The translations under genes and the position numbers were made by a program. The notes beneath the pieces are model-generated. The model did not search any database, was not told the origin of the DNA, and worked only from the letters and a program-made list of their open reading frames with translations. A stretch of 64,000 nt of DNA from the IMG/VR virus record IMGVR_UViG_3300032323_002211; one strand, written 5' to 3'. This document shows positions 1 through 9,005 of this stretch, one piece after another (within the stretch, counting starts at the first letter, position 1; each line of letters opens with the position of its first letter). This DNA is from an uncultured virus (IMG/VR IMGVR_UViG_3300032323_002211). Taxonomy: Duplodnaviria; Heunggongvirae; Uroviricota; Caudoviricetes.

Positions 1-288
1 AAGTTCTGCTTCTTCGTAGGTATCAAATCTTCTTAAATCATTTATAGAATAACCATTTTCATAATGCATTATGCTTATAAATAAATCATACTTATCCCTA
101 AACCATCTAAATGCTTGTTGGTAGAGTGGTGCTAATACTCCAAATTTTCCACGATAATGGTCTCTCTTTATACCAAGACTATCTTTTTCTAACATTTGGT
201 CTTGGTGATAATAAGCCAAACATTCTTCTTGAAAACCTAATTCTTTAAGGTGAAGGGCTTGTTCGTAGGGAACGAATAAATTGTTCAT
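1..288 (-). CDS. Conserved phage hypothetical protein, 3' end runs off the window
   Basis: Not in the ORF track. Read manually: MNNLFVPYEQALHLKELGFQEEC...APLYQQAFRWFRDKY..., open to position 1. Confidence 0.7.
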   Translation of the reverse strand, partial: MNNLFVPYEQALHLKELGFQEECLAYYHQDQMLEKDSLGIKRDHYRGKFGVLAPLYQQAFRWFRDKYDLFISIMHYENGYSINDLRRFDTYEEAEL

Positions 289-369
289 GTTTTTAATGGT
301 TTTTTTTATGGTTATTTTTTATATGGTAAATGTAGGTAAGCAATAAATACAATTATTGCGTATTTATAC

Positions 370-657
370 CTAATCTTTTACATTTTCTGTTAAAGTTTTA
401 TTAATCGGGCTCTTATTTAGTTTTTTGATTTTCTGTAATATATTATGTTTGGTTTGGCTGCCAAATGTCCAATCAGCCTCTTCTATAAATCTGATGTGCC
501 TTTCATTTAGTTTATTCCACCTATGTAGCAGGACGAACTTAGTATAAGCAAAAGTTATGTCGCACATTTCAAAAAAGCCAATACTGATGACCTTTTGGTA
601 TCTGCCAATCAAGTAGCCTGTTAATAAGGTAAGTGCAAAAAGTGTTAAATATCCCAT
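370..657 (-). CDS. Hypothetical protein with N-terminal hydrophobic helix
   Basis: 95-aa ORF preceded by the ACCATAAAA leader motif. Confidence 0.6.
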   Translation of the reverse strand: MGYLTLFALTLLTGYLIGRYQKVISIGFFEMCDITFAYTKFVLLHRWNKLNERHIRFIEEADWTFGSQTKHNILQKIKKLNKSPINKTLTENVKD

Positions 658-691
658 TTTTATGGTCTTTTTTTGTTAATTAAAATGTTAG

Positions 692-1555
692 TTATTCGGG
701 AATATCAGGTAGAGAACCTAGTGTATTACTTACAGAGGCTTGTTTAGTCGGGCTTATCTTTTTGCCGTCTATTACAATTACTTGCTTTTGCTCATCGTCC
801 CATGCAATAGTTGCACCCCCTTCCAAATGGCTATCTAGCTCTACAGCCTTTTTTCCATGAAAGTCTTTAGGTAACATCTTTGATAGCTGAACGAGGGCAA
901 TCTTTCTGAGCATCCACTTGTTAGGGTCTTTCTTATCGTTGAAATAAAGGTCATTATTGTACTTAGAAAGGTTTTGGATATTCATTATATCAAGTCTTGA
1001 TAAGACAGTAAACTGATACTCACCATTTTTCATTTTAGCTACTGCATAGGCAAACTTAATCTTGTCTGAAGTTCTAGGTAGGTTGAAGTTAGGTTTGTGG
1101 ACGATATTAGGTTCTAAGCCATAGGTAGGCTCAAACTCCTCTCCTTCGTATACTACTTCTGTATGTATGCGGGTTATTTCGCCACTTCTTAAAAGGATAT
1201 TAACTAAGCCTTTGTAACCGATTAAAGGGGTAACAGAGGGCTTACCATCTATTTTACGAGGTATCAGGTAGAACTCCCCTAGCATATCTGAAGGAATAAG
1301 ACCGATTTCTGCTCCTGCAAGAATTGAGGCAAACATACTAGCAGGGTTAGACATAAAGGCTTCAAGTAGCTTTGGATTCTTTTTTATTTCAGATAAGACT
1401 ATCTGCTTGAACTGAGATACATCTATGTTATGTTTCTTTAATAGATTAGGCAGCACACTTTGTTCATACTGCTCTATGTTCTGTTGAAACTTTTGAATAG
1501 GAGTTAAAGTCTTGGCTACTGCAACTTCCTGTGGTTCTTGTTCTTCTTTTTTCAT
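692..1555 (-). CDS. recT: RecT-family ssDNA annealing recombinase
   Basis: RecT-type motifs: PASMFASILAGAEIGLIP, GEFYLIP, GYKGLVNILLRSG, VVYEGEEF, WMLRKIAL. Confidence 0.88.
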   Translation of the reverse strand: MKKEEQEPQEVAVAKTLTPIQKFQQNIEQYEQSVLPNLLKKHNIDVSQFKQIVLSEIKKNPKLLEAFMSNPASMFASILAGAEIGLIPSDMLGEFYLIPRKIDGKPSVTPLIGYKGLVNILLRSGEITRIHTEVVYEGEEFEPTYGLEPNIVHKPNFNLPRTSDKIKFAYAVAKMKNGEYQFTVLSRLDIMNIQNLSKYNNDLYFNDKKDPNKWMLRKIALVQLSKMLPKDFHGKKAVELDSHLEGGATIAWDDEQKQVIVIDGKKISPTKQASVSNTLGSLPDIPE

Positions 1556-1558
1556 GGT

Positions 1559-1819
1559 TTATGCGTTGTATTTAAGTTTTGATTCTATGTAAATGATTTG
1601 TTCGTCTGAAAGGCTAGAGAAGTCTAGTTTAGCATAGTCCTCGTTTAACATCAAATAAACTGCATCAATGTGCAGCTCAGTCACTTCGCTATCGTCAATT
1701 AAATGATGTCCATGAAAGTCCTCTTCTCTATGGCGGGTTTCTACATTGTAGGAATATGAAACAAAGAGACCATCTTCAATCTCTTCTTTGTCTTTTATGA
1801 AATCGTATTTTTTACTCAT
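1559..1819 (-). CDS. Hypothetical acidic protein
   Basis: 86-aa ORF, tightly packed with neighbours. Confidence 0.6.
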   Translation of the reverse strand: MSKKYDFIKDKEEIEDGLFVSYSYNVETRHREEDFHGHHLIDDSEVTELHIDAVYLMLNEDYAKLDFSSLSDEQIIYIESKLKYNA

Positions 1820-1935
1820 TTTATTCTATATATTTTTGTGTACCTGCCTTTAACTTCACAGAAATAGTTTACCCATTGGAAGTTCTTTTTAAGCCAAATG
1901 ATTTGACCACACAGGTAACATTTATACTTAAACAT
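1816..1935 (-). CDS. Small Cys-containing protein (39 aa)
   Basis: Read manually: MFKYKCYLCGQIIW...YRIK. Fills the gap and overlaps the next start as ATGA. Confidence 0.45.
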   Translation of the reverse strand: MFKYKCYLCGQIIWLKKNFQWVNYFCEVKGRYTKIYRIK

Positions 1936-1945
1936 GGTTATACTT

Positions 1946-2746
1946 TTAGTAGTATATTTCTTCTATAAGTGGAACTTCTGCTCTTTTATCACATTCATTA
2001 AAAAAGTGGCAACCCTGACATCTTTGATAAGTAGGTCTAGCCTCTAGCTTGTCGGGATTGTTGTAAAAGAAGTCTATATAACGTTTCATCTTTGAAACAT
2101 ATTGTTCCTCGTGTAAAGTAATGTGCTCTTCCTGAATATTAGCTTTGATAATCTTTGCTTTATCAGGGTCTTTTGAGCTGAAAATAAAGAAGTAGAAAGG
2201 TATGTTTTCGATACCCTCTAAGTTCTTAATTAAATACTTATAGTGGATAGGCTGAAGTAGTAGTTTTGGCTTATATACCAAAGACTCAGTATGCCACCCA
2301 TACTCATTGAATTTGTCATCAATTAAAGAAGTATACTTAACATCAATGATGCAGTCCTCTCCTTTCCAATTAGCCCTAACGTCACTTATACCACTAGACC
2401 CGTCAAATAGCATATACTCACCGATTTTCTTGATTTCGATTTCGTGCTTTTTAATGATGTCTTTGAATAGTAATGCTGATTGGTTTGCCTTTTCGTAATC
2501 TGCTGCTAACTTCTCTTTGGCTGTACCCTTGTAAACCATTTCAGGCTCAGGGATAGGGTCACCTGCTCTAACGTATTCAGTTGCTTTGTACTCAAAATAA
2601 GTACCTAACTTTTGTACCGCACTTTGTGGGGTTGATTTTCCCTCAAAATACTTTTTGAAAATAAGTAGACCACAGCCATTAACGTTTTGGTCGTAATAGT
2701 CTACAAGCTCTTTAAGAAGGGATTGGGAAAGGTTTGGTTTTTTCAT
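1946..2746 (-). CDS. PD-(D/E)XK exonuclease (RecB/Cas4-like), probable RecT partner
   Basis: GISD...IIDVK catalytic motif, C-terminal CxxC-x5-C plus an N-terminal Cys; close to recT. Confidence 0.75.
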   Translation of the reverse strand: MKKPNLSQSLLKELVDYYDQNVNGCGLLIFKKYFEGKSTPQSAVQKLGTYFEYKATEYVRAGDPIPEPEMVYKGTAKEKLAADYEKANQSALLFKDIIKKHEIEIKKIGEYMLFDGSSGISDVRANWKGEDCIIDVKYTSLIDDKFNEYGWHTESLVYKPKLLLQPIHYKYLIKNLEGIENIPFYFFIFSSKDPDKAKIIKANIQEEHITLHEEQYVSKMKRYIDFFYNNPDKLEARPTYQRCQGCHFFNECDKRAEVPLIEEIYY

Positions 2747-2760
2747 TTTTATGGTTTTTA

Positions 2761-3072
2761 TTAATAATCGTCTATTGGAAATTGTCTTCTCTTGTCATCA
2801 TTAAATTGCTTTCTTTGATTGATTAAGTCCATAGCACTTTGTACATCGTCTAGCTCAATCTTTACGGCTGATTTTGATAACTCGTTTTCGTTTATAAATT
2901 TATGCTTTTCACAGTAAAAATTGTCAGAAACTTTTATGTGCATTAGCTTTTCATGGTTATAGGCTGAAGACACCCTAATCACCCCACAGCTCTGTAGTTC
3001 TTGCTTGTAAAATCGGCAGTTAAGACACCTCCTTACAATCGGCATTGATTTTTGGTTTAGGTAAAATTCCAT
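2761..3072 (-). CDS. Small Cys/His (possible Zn-binding) hypothetical protein
   Basis: CLNCRFY...C...CEKH. Confidence 0.6.
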   Translation of the reverse strand: MEFYLNQKSMPIVRRCLNCRFYKQELQSCGVIRVSSAYNHEKLMHIKVSDNFYCEKHKFINENELSKSAVKIELDDVQSAMDLINQRKQFNDDKRRQFPIDDY

Positions 3073-3092
3073 AGTTCTCTCTCTTTCTTTTT

Positions 3093-3542
3093 TTAAAATA
3101 GTGTTATTTGTTTTGTATCATTTATTGGGTCTAAATCATATACTTTTTTATAGTATGAAAGTACGCTATCATTTAGTTGGTTTATGAATAGGCAAGTGTC
3201 CTGAAGTACGGTAGTCCTAGCTTTTAAGTACTTTTTTCTTTTTGCGTTGTCATATTCAACACTTATCATACCATTAGATTTGAAATTAGCTATTATTTCC
3301 TTAGCTCTTTTATCTATTAGGTCTATATGTGTTTGGAATTGATTTACAAAGGTTTCTCTATGTAAAACAGCCTCAGCAATCATTTCTCTTAGTTTCTTTC
3401 CATTTTCCACCATAAGAGCTAAAGCTGTACTACTTAGTGTATTAGCTATAGACCTCCTTTCAGCTTCAGTAAGGTCGGGGTACAAGTCAGCCAATCTCTC
3501 ACAAAAGGTTTCAAATATTTCGTTTCTAAAAGTATTTTGCAT
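3093..3542 (-). CDS. Hypothetical helical protein
   Basis: 149-aa ORF ending QITLF, which resembles a sliding-clamp-binding motif (weak). Confidence 0.6.
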   Translation of the reverse strand: MQNTFRNEIFETFCERLADLYPDLTEAERRSIANTLSSTALALMVENGKKLREMIAEAVLHRETFVNQFQTHIDLIDKRAKEIIANFKSNGMISVEYDNAKRKKYLKARTTVLQDTCLFINQLNDSVLSYYKKVYDLDPINDTKQITLF

Positions 3543-3584
3543 AGTTTTGTATTAGTAGTTCCAACTGCAAGTTTTTACATTTTT

Positions 3585-4340
3585 TTAGAGAGTCGAGAGG
3601 TTTGTGCCAATCGGCTCTTCTTTTTTTGGTTTATCTATTTCCACTAGCTGCTTCCAATCAATACTTACAGAATCCAAATACATCTGCACTATTTCTCTAT
3701 TTTTCTTTGTGTCCTTGTAATAAATACAATCAGTCTTGTAGCATATAAAGTCATTACCTAGCATATCAGCCATCACCATCATGTGCTCAAAGCACTCATA
3801 TCTGATATTATCATACACTCGCTGTAATACAGGCTCAAATTTCAGGACTACAGACTTGTTGGTCACCTCACCCTTATTAACTAAAAAATACTCCTTTTTG
3901 GAGCTTAAATTAGCAAGAGAGGCTAGTCTGAGGGACTTATCCTTAACCATTAGCCCTTTTTCGTATGTTTTGCTGCTTATATACCCGTTTAAGAAGGCTA
4001 TTCTCCAATAGGCATGGTCTAGGTCTGTAGCGGTAATTTTACCTTTTGGTTGCTCTATGTTAGGATTCCAATAGTTTACGGGAAGTCTTTTTTTGGCTAC
4101 TATCTTTTTACCAAAACAAAAGTCTTTAACCTCGTTCATAACGCTACGAAATATCCAAATATCTTTTGACGATGCTGATTTTCTATTAGAAGGGAAAACG
4201 AACTTACGGTCACCCCAAATAAGTTCAGTAGAATAAGAGCCTCTTCTGTAGTAGGCTTTAGTGTTAGAGTGCTTTAATCTGCCAAAGATTAGGTCTTCAG
4301 ATTTGCTTTTAATTATGGTTATGTTGTCTAAAAAATTCAT
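3585..4340 (-). CDS. Short, divergent family-B DNA polymerase-like palm protein
   Basis: ATDLDHAYW resembles motif A (DxxSxY) and CYKTDCIYY resembles motif C (YxDTDS). No exonuclease domain. Confidence 0.5.
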   Translation of the reverse strand: MNFLDNITIIKSKSEDLIFGRLKHSNTKAYYRRGSYSTELIWGDRKFVFPSNRKSASSKDIWIFRSVMNEVKDFCFGKKIVAKKRLPVNYWNPNIEQPKGKITATDLDHAYWRIAFLNGYISSKTYEKGLMVKDKSLRLASLANLSSKKEYFLVNKGEVTNKSVVLKFEPVLQRVYDNIRYECFEHMMVMADMLGNDFICYKTDCIYYKDTKKNREIVQMYLDSVSIDWKQLVEIDKPKKEEPIGTNLSTL

Positions 4341-4356
4341 GGTCTTTTTATGGTTT

Positions 4357-5211
4357 TTACTTTTTACCTTTCTTGATTTCGTCTCTCAAAACTTCGTATT
4401 TGACTTTTGAGAAAGCTCCCGATTGGTAGGCTAGTTTTAGCGAATCTAAGGCTTTTTTTACAGATTCATTTATTTTTTGATTTTCAGGTTTTTTGCTCCT
4501 AGCTTTTTTTGCAGCTCTAGCTCTTTTACGCTTATCCTTTTGTAAGTCTTTGAACCTCCCCTGAAAGTACCCTGATATAGACTGAGCAGCCTTTTCCTCT
4601 TTTTTTGTTCTTTCGTAATCTACTCCTTCAAATGTGTCTTGTGGTGTATCATTAATGGTTAATACATAGTCCACAAAGTAATTAATCGGGTCTCCATTAT
4701 TTTTCTTTCTAGGCTTAAGTTTTACGATACCATAAAAGTAAGCCACCCCTGAATCGTTGCCCTCTAAATAGTCTCTTATGTCATCTATAAGGTCAGCAAC
4801 ACCATTTGAGTAATAGTTATAATTGCTTGTATTGAATATCCTTGTTTTGCCGATAAATCCTGCATTAACTCTGACGTCTAAACAATCAGGTAAAAAGTTT
4901 GCTATATGCTTGTCTATTTCATAGTATTCAACGGCTGCTAAATACTGCTCAGGAAGTAGTAAAGGGTTACACACCTCTTTAGGTGGTAAGGCTTTAATTA
5001 TACCCCTTAAATCCCTTTTTATTTCACTTACTAGAACTTTTTCTTGAGCCTTGAACTTTGGATAAAGTTGCTGAGAAACAATCTTTCTTTTGGCAGCTAT
5101 GGATAGCTTTTGTTGATTCGGGTCTCTGTCGTTTTGATTGCCTAATTCTTTCAGCAAGTAGTTGTATAACCGAATACCTTTTAGCGGTTTTTTCTTGCTG
5201 TTGTTTGGCAT
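4357..5211 (-). CDS. Basic hypothetical protein
   Basis: 284-aa ORF with Lys/Arg-rich termini. Confidence 0.65.
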   Translation of the reverse strand: MPNNSKKKPLKGIRLYNYLLKELGNQNDRDPNQQKLSIAAKRKIVSQQLYPKFKAQEKVLVSEIKRDLRGIIKALPPKEVCNPLLLPEQYLAAVEYYEIDKHIANFLPDCLDVRVNAGFIGKTRIFNTSNYNYYSNGVADLIDDIRDYLEGNDSGVAYFYGIVKLKPRKKNNGDPINYFVDYVLTINDTPQDTFEGVDYERTKKEEKAAQSISGYFQGRFKDLQKDKRKRARAAKKARSKKPENQKINESVKKALDSLKLAYQSGAFSKVKYEVLRDEIKKGKK

Positions 5212-5247
5212 AAATTAGGATTGGATTTTGTTCGGGGTGTAAATTTA

Positions 5248-5577
5248 CTAATAAGATAGGTAAAACTCATTAACTAATATTGCATTTTCTCTGCCAATCA
5301 GTATATCGACCTCACTCCTATCCATATTTTTTATATTATTTAAGGCTTTATCAATCAAAACCAAAGCTATTATTTTGGCTGTAAAAGCAGGAAAACCCAT
5401 TCTTTTTGCCTTCATAATTATTTTCCAATCCATGCCAAAATTGATACTCACATTTGTAAGGATAGTTTCAAAGATTTTATAGGTAGGGGTATACTTATCA
5501 AAGCCATACTGATATATAGCATCTTCTTTAAGCCAACCGCTTTCTCTTATAGTCTTTATAACTGATTTAGCTATCAT
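5248..5577 (-). CDS. Hypothetical protein
   Basis: 109-aa ORF, 4-nt overlap with the upstream gene. Confidence 0.6.
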   Translation of the reverse strand: MIAKSVIKTIRESGWLKEDAIYQYGFDKYTPTYKIFETILTNVSINFGMDWKIIMKAKRMGFPAFTAKIIALVLIDKALNNIKNMDRSEVDILIGRENAILVNEFYLSY

Positions 5578-5843
5578 GGTCTTGAATGTTTAAAAAACCT
5601 TCCGTTCACCTCAATTGGCTCTTCAAAAAAGTCTTTTCTAGATTTGGTTATTTTATAAGTTAAGATACCGATTGTAATACCCATTTGTTTACAGAAGTTG
5701 TCTTTACCTTCAATGATTTCACCACTGTTTATGTCCTCAAATACGATACCTGTTACTCTTTTGTGATTGTTACCCATCATTCTTTTGGCTTTATCAACTC
5801 TATATCCGTTGTATTGCTTCCTGTTTATTATTGCGTTGTACAT
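5574..5843 (-). CDS. Hypothetical protein, possibly DNA-binding
   Basis: 89-aa ORF, translationally coupled to neighbours. Confidence 0.55.
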   Translation of the reverse strand: MYNAIINRKQYNGYRVDKAKRMMGNNHKRVTGIVFEDINSGEIIEGKDNFCKQMGITIGILTYKITKSRKDFFEEPIEVNGRFFKHSRP

Positions 5844-6280
5844 TACTCTTCTCCTTCTTTTTTTACTCTGTATTTTTTAATAAAATCAAAAGGAACAAAC
5901 TTTTGAAGCTCAAACCCCTGCTGCTTAAAATTTAAGAAACGTCCCCAATCTTTGATAAGTGACTTAGGGAAAATGTAATTTTCGTCATTATCTATAGTTA
6001 AGTGGATAGTCTTGATTTCTAGTGAATCGTCATTAATTATATTCCAATTAAAGCCATAACCTTTTGTAGCATAGTGATAGTGCTTTTGGCTCTTTCTAGT
6101 TACATGAAAGCTGTGGTCATGCAGGTATAAATTACCTACGTTACGTCTTCTACCCTCGCTTTTAAGTTTTAGGAAAATTGTTGCACCTACGTCATATTTG
6201 TTTTCGTCTGAGAAGATTCGCATAAAAACTATATTTTCAAATCCATCTTCTCTAGCAACTACTCTGCTACCTACTATCAT
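5843..6280 (-). CDS. Hypothetical protein
   Basis: 145-aa ORF with the ACCATAAAA leader. Confidence 0.65.
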   Translation of the reverse strand: MIVGSRVVAREDGFENIVFMRIFSDENKYDVGATIFLKLKSEGRRRNVGNLYLHDHSFHVTRKSQKHYHYATKGYGFNWNIINDDSLEIKTIHLTIDNDENYIFPKSLIKDWGRFLNFKQQGFELQKFVPFDFIKKYRVKKEGEE

Positions 6281-6302
6281 GGTCTTATTTTTTATGGTTT
6301 AA

Positions 6303-6494
6303 TTAATTGACTACAAAGTGAATTTCCATACTACGCTTATCTAAACGTATGTACAGTTCAGTGTGCTTTTGCTCGTCTTTTTGTATTTCTAAATACCTTT
6401 TGACTAAAACTGCTGCAGCATCTAATTGCACCTGATGGTTGCAGCTATCAATAATTTTTGCTATCCAATCGTATAAATGGTCTGCTTGTTTCAT
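6303..6494 (-). CDS. Small hypothetical protein
   Basis: 63-aa ORF in the early-gene cluster. Confidence 0.6.
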   Translation of the reverse strand: MKQADHLYDWIAKIIDSCNHQVQLDAAAVLVKRYLEIQKDEQKHTELYIRLDKRSMEIHFVVN

Positions 6495-6503
6495 GGCTTA
6501 AAT

Positions 6504-6599
6504 TTAAAAGTTATCTGCTACTAAGCATAGCAATATAATAATAAAAATGCCAAAATAGGCAACTTTAGGACTCCAACTTTCTTGTTGATACTTGTTCAT
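6504..6599 (-). CDS. Small membrane peptide (31 aa)
   Basis: Read manually: MNKYQQESWSPKVAYFGIFIIILLCLVADNF, directly after the conserved leader. Confidence 0.55.
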   Translation of the reverse strand: MNKYQQESWSPKVAYFGIFIIILLCLVADNF

Positions 6600-6605
6600 G
6601 GCTTT

Positions 6606-6653
6606 GATTTTTATGGTTTAGTAAGTGTGCGTTAAATAGTCGCACCCCTATTT
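6606..6653 (-). ncRNA. Copy 1 of a duplicated structured leader (candidate H-type pseudoknot)
   Basis: Minus strand: AAATAG-GGGTGCGA-CTATTT-AA-CGCAC, then ACTTACTAAACCATAAAAATC. Near-identical to 6919-6966. Confidence 0.55.
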
Positions 6654-6657
6654 TATT

Positions 6658-6912
6658 TTAATAATTATATTCTTGATGTTCGGTTATCAATCCGACTGCT
6701 GCAAAAAATATTTGGTCACCTGTTTTAAAAGCATTAACCATTACATATCCTTCTAAATCGCTTTGAAAAGGAGTTTGTGTTGCATCTTTTACATATGCTT
6801 TACCATTAATGAGCCTTACAATAGGGTTCTTTTTAAACCCTCTGCCATAACCTGATTGGTAATAGCCTTGCCCAATTTTTGTAGTTGTTTTCACTATGTT
6901 TTGATTTGTCAT
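6658..6912 (-). CDS. Small hypothetical early protein
   Basis: 84-aa ORF between the two leader repeats. Confidence 0.65.
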   Translation of the reverse strand: MTNQNIVKTTTKIGQGYYQSGYGRGFKKNPIVRLINGKAYVKDATQTPFQSDLEGYVMVNAFKTGDQIFFAAVGLITEHQEYNY

Positions 6913-6918
6913 GATTTG

Positions 6919-6966
6919 GATTTTTATGGTTTAGTAAGTGTGCGTTGGTCAGTCGCACCCCTGACT
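6919..6966 (-). ncRNA. Copy 2 of the duplicated structured leader (candidate H-type pseudoknot)
   Basis: Minus strand: GTCAG-GGGTGCGA-CTGAC-CAA-CGCAC. The stem sequence differs from copy 1 but still pairs. Confidence 0.55.
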
Positions 6967-6979
6967 TATTTGGGGTTAT

Positions 6980-7204
6980 TTATATGTTTTTCCAAGTAAA
7001 ATATAAATCGTTATGATGTTCATTATTTCTAAATTCCATTAAATGAATGTAAGGAATTGAACTATCCATATTATCAATATCTTCAAATGTTTGTTGAAAC
7101 TTATAGTGACTATGCCCACTGTGTGCTGATTCTAAAGATGAGTAAGAACCTAATTCTATAAACTTTTGTCCGTCATAAAATGTTTTTGTTACTTGAGTTG
7201 TCAT
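6980..7204 (-). CDS. Small hypothetical early protein
   Basis: 74-aa ORF with an AAACCATAAAAATCCAAACC-ATG leader. Confidence 0.65.
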   Translation of the reverse strand: MTTQVTKTFYDGQKFIELGSYSSLESAHSGHSHYKFQQTFEDIDNMDSSIPYIHLMEFRNNEHHNDLYFTWKNI

Positions 7205-7222
7205 GGTTTGGATTTTTATGGT

Positions 7223-7408
7223 TTAGTAAGTAATTTCTTGAGGGTAAAAGCTCTCTTCTAAATCTAGGTCATAGATTTCAAGTAGAGTTGATTTGTGCTT
7301 AGAGTTCAATCTGCTAAAAGCATTTTCAAATGAACTAGCTTTTAAATCAAAACAGCCGATACCAAACTTGGTTTTGATGTAGATTCTGAAGGATTTTAAC
7401 TTTGTCAT
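7223..7408 (-). CDS. Small hypothetical early protein
   Basis: 61-aa ORF with the same leader; first gene after the putative promoter. Confidence 0.65.
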   Translation of the reverse strand: MTKLKSFRIYIKTKFGIGCFDLKASSFENAFSRLNSKHKSTLLEIYDLDLEESFYPQEITY

Positions 7409-7435
7409 GGTCTAGATTTTTATGGTTTATGAGTG

Positions 7436-7468
7436 TAAATTTATATAAAAACGTAATACCAAAACAAA
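7436..7468 (-). promoter_or_regulatory. Putative Bacteroidota-type promoter for the early cluster
   Basis: Minus strand TTTG-N21-TAAATTTA, close to the TTTG-N19-21-TAnnTTTG consensus. Confidence 0.5.
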
Positions 7469-7501
7469 TATTGTGTTAAAATCTTGTTAAAGCCATTAAC
7501 A

Positions 7502-8323
7502 TTAGTGTAAAAGGAACTTACAATACTCAGTCATCTTATCAGCGTCAAAGTCATTATAGTGCTCTTCAAAGTATAGGTAATAGTCAGCATAAACCTTCTT
7601 AATTTCCTCTTCTGAGTAGATTCTAAGCGGTTTGTCGGCTATGTCCTTAGAGGCTGCTTTATGGTTGTTAAAATTATCAGGGTTGTCTATATCCCCGCTC
7701 TGTTTGTGGGGTGCATCCATAATATCCCCGTCATTCCAATTAAAGCAGTAACTAGGTATACAGTCATCGTCATTTTCAAACAATTCGCCACTATCCCTCA
7801 TTTTAGTATACCAACCTAGCCCTTCTTTGCCTGTTTCAAGCAAATAGCCGTATTCTCTTACCTTTTTGATGTCAGCTACTATTGAAGCCTCCATAGTGTT
7901 CCTAACGAGCCTTAAATTGCCTCCGCTGTAAAAAAATGAATAGGCAGGTTTGAAACTAGGTAACCCCGTCTGCTCAATCTTGTCTATTCCCTGTCTAATA
8001 AAGTGAGGTAAAAAAATGTCATCGTCATCCCACGTCACAGTATAGTCACCACCTGCAAATACCAAAGCATCCCTTCTGATTGCTCCCACGTTGGTATAAG
8101 GTTCTTTTGTAACCCTATCAATATTGTTGTTTATGATTAAAACACCATGTGGCATAAGCCTACATTCGTCATCAGTATAAGGGTGCTCTACGTCTGTATT
8201 ATAGATTATTAGCTCTTTGTTTGGATAGTCCTGAGCTAAAAAACAATTCATGGCTCTTTCAACGCACTTAAATCTTCTGTAAGTGCACATAACTGCTGAA
8301 ACTTTTGGTAATTCTTTAAACAT
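7502..8323 (-). CDS. Glycosyltransferase family 2
   Basis: VSAVMCTYRR, QDYPNKELII, GAIRR, TWDDDDIF. Confidence 0.85.
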   Translation of the reverse strand: MFKELPKVSAVMCTYRRFKCVERAMNCFLAQDYPNKELIIYNTDVEHPYTDDECRLMPHGVLIINNNIDRVTKEPYTNVGAIRRDALVFAGGDYTVTWDDDDIFLPHFIRQGIDKIEQTGLPSFKPAYSFFYSGGNLRLVRNTMEASIVADIKKVREYGYLLETGKEGLGWYTKMRDSGELFENDDDCIPSYCFNWNDGDIMDAPHKQSGDIDNPDNFNNHKAASKDIADKPLRIYSEEEIKKVYADYYLYFEEHYNDFDADKMTEYCKFLLH

Positions 8324-9005
8324 CTGTGTAGTTTTTAGGGTCTTTATGTTGTTTCGTATATTGTGTGGTTACTTTTTGTCCTATGTTATCTATGTAGTAT
8401 TTTTCCTCTTCGTCTAAATTTTCTAAATCTATGTAAAAAGGGATATGCCTACAAATAAAGTCCTTTCTAGCTATTCTTAAAGACCTAAATGGGTTGTCTC
8501 CAATATTTCTAAGTAAAGAAAAAGTAGTGTCTGTATCGGCTAAGTATACGTCTTGTTCAACTGATTCTTTCCACCATACCGATTCATTCCTTATTACCTG
8601 ATTTTTATATCTATAGTGATTTGGTAGGTCATCTATTTTGATTGCTAAGGCTACCTTATTCATTTCGTACTTCTGTAGTAGATTGTACATCACTAATTGG
8701 TAGTCATCGGGCATATTTTCGTTTAGCTGCAAATCAGAATCTGTATAAATAAAATATTCACCTAGCTCTTTATAAATGGCTGTAGACCAAATAGCTAAGT
8801 GTCCCTCATTTTTTAAATATCTTATATCCACCTTCTTATCAACCTCTTTATACCACTCAATTAAAGGCTGATAGCTAGACTCATTATCAAGAATGATTAT
8901 TTCTTGTTTTGGGTTCAGCATGAATAGATGCTCGACCATTTTTTTTGTAGTAGTGAGCCTGTTTCTATTGTTAATAACTATTGGAAACATCTTAGGCAAA
9001 GTCAT
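8316..9005 (-). CDS. GT2-like (GT-A fold) glycosyltransferase
   Basis: IVINNRNR, IIILDNESSY, YTDSD (DxD). Confidence 0.75.
   Translation of the reverse strand: MTLPKMFPIVINNRNRLTTTKKMVEHLFMLNPKQEIIILDNESSYQPLIEWYKEVDKKVDIRYLKNEGHLAIWSTAIYKELGEYFIYTDSDLQLNENMPDDYQLVMYNLLQKYEMNKVALAIKIDDLPNHYRYKNQVIRNESVWWKESVEQDVYLADTDTTFSLLRNIGDNPFRSLRIARKDFICRHIPFYIDLENLDEEEKYYIDNIGQKVTTQYTKQHKDPKNYTDV

Noticed and set aside
1946..2746. Cas4-like Cys motif as evidence of CRISPR-Cas
   Set aside because: No cas1/cas2 or array; proximity to recT fits a recombination exonuclease.
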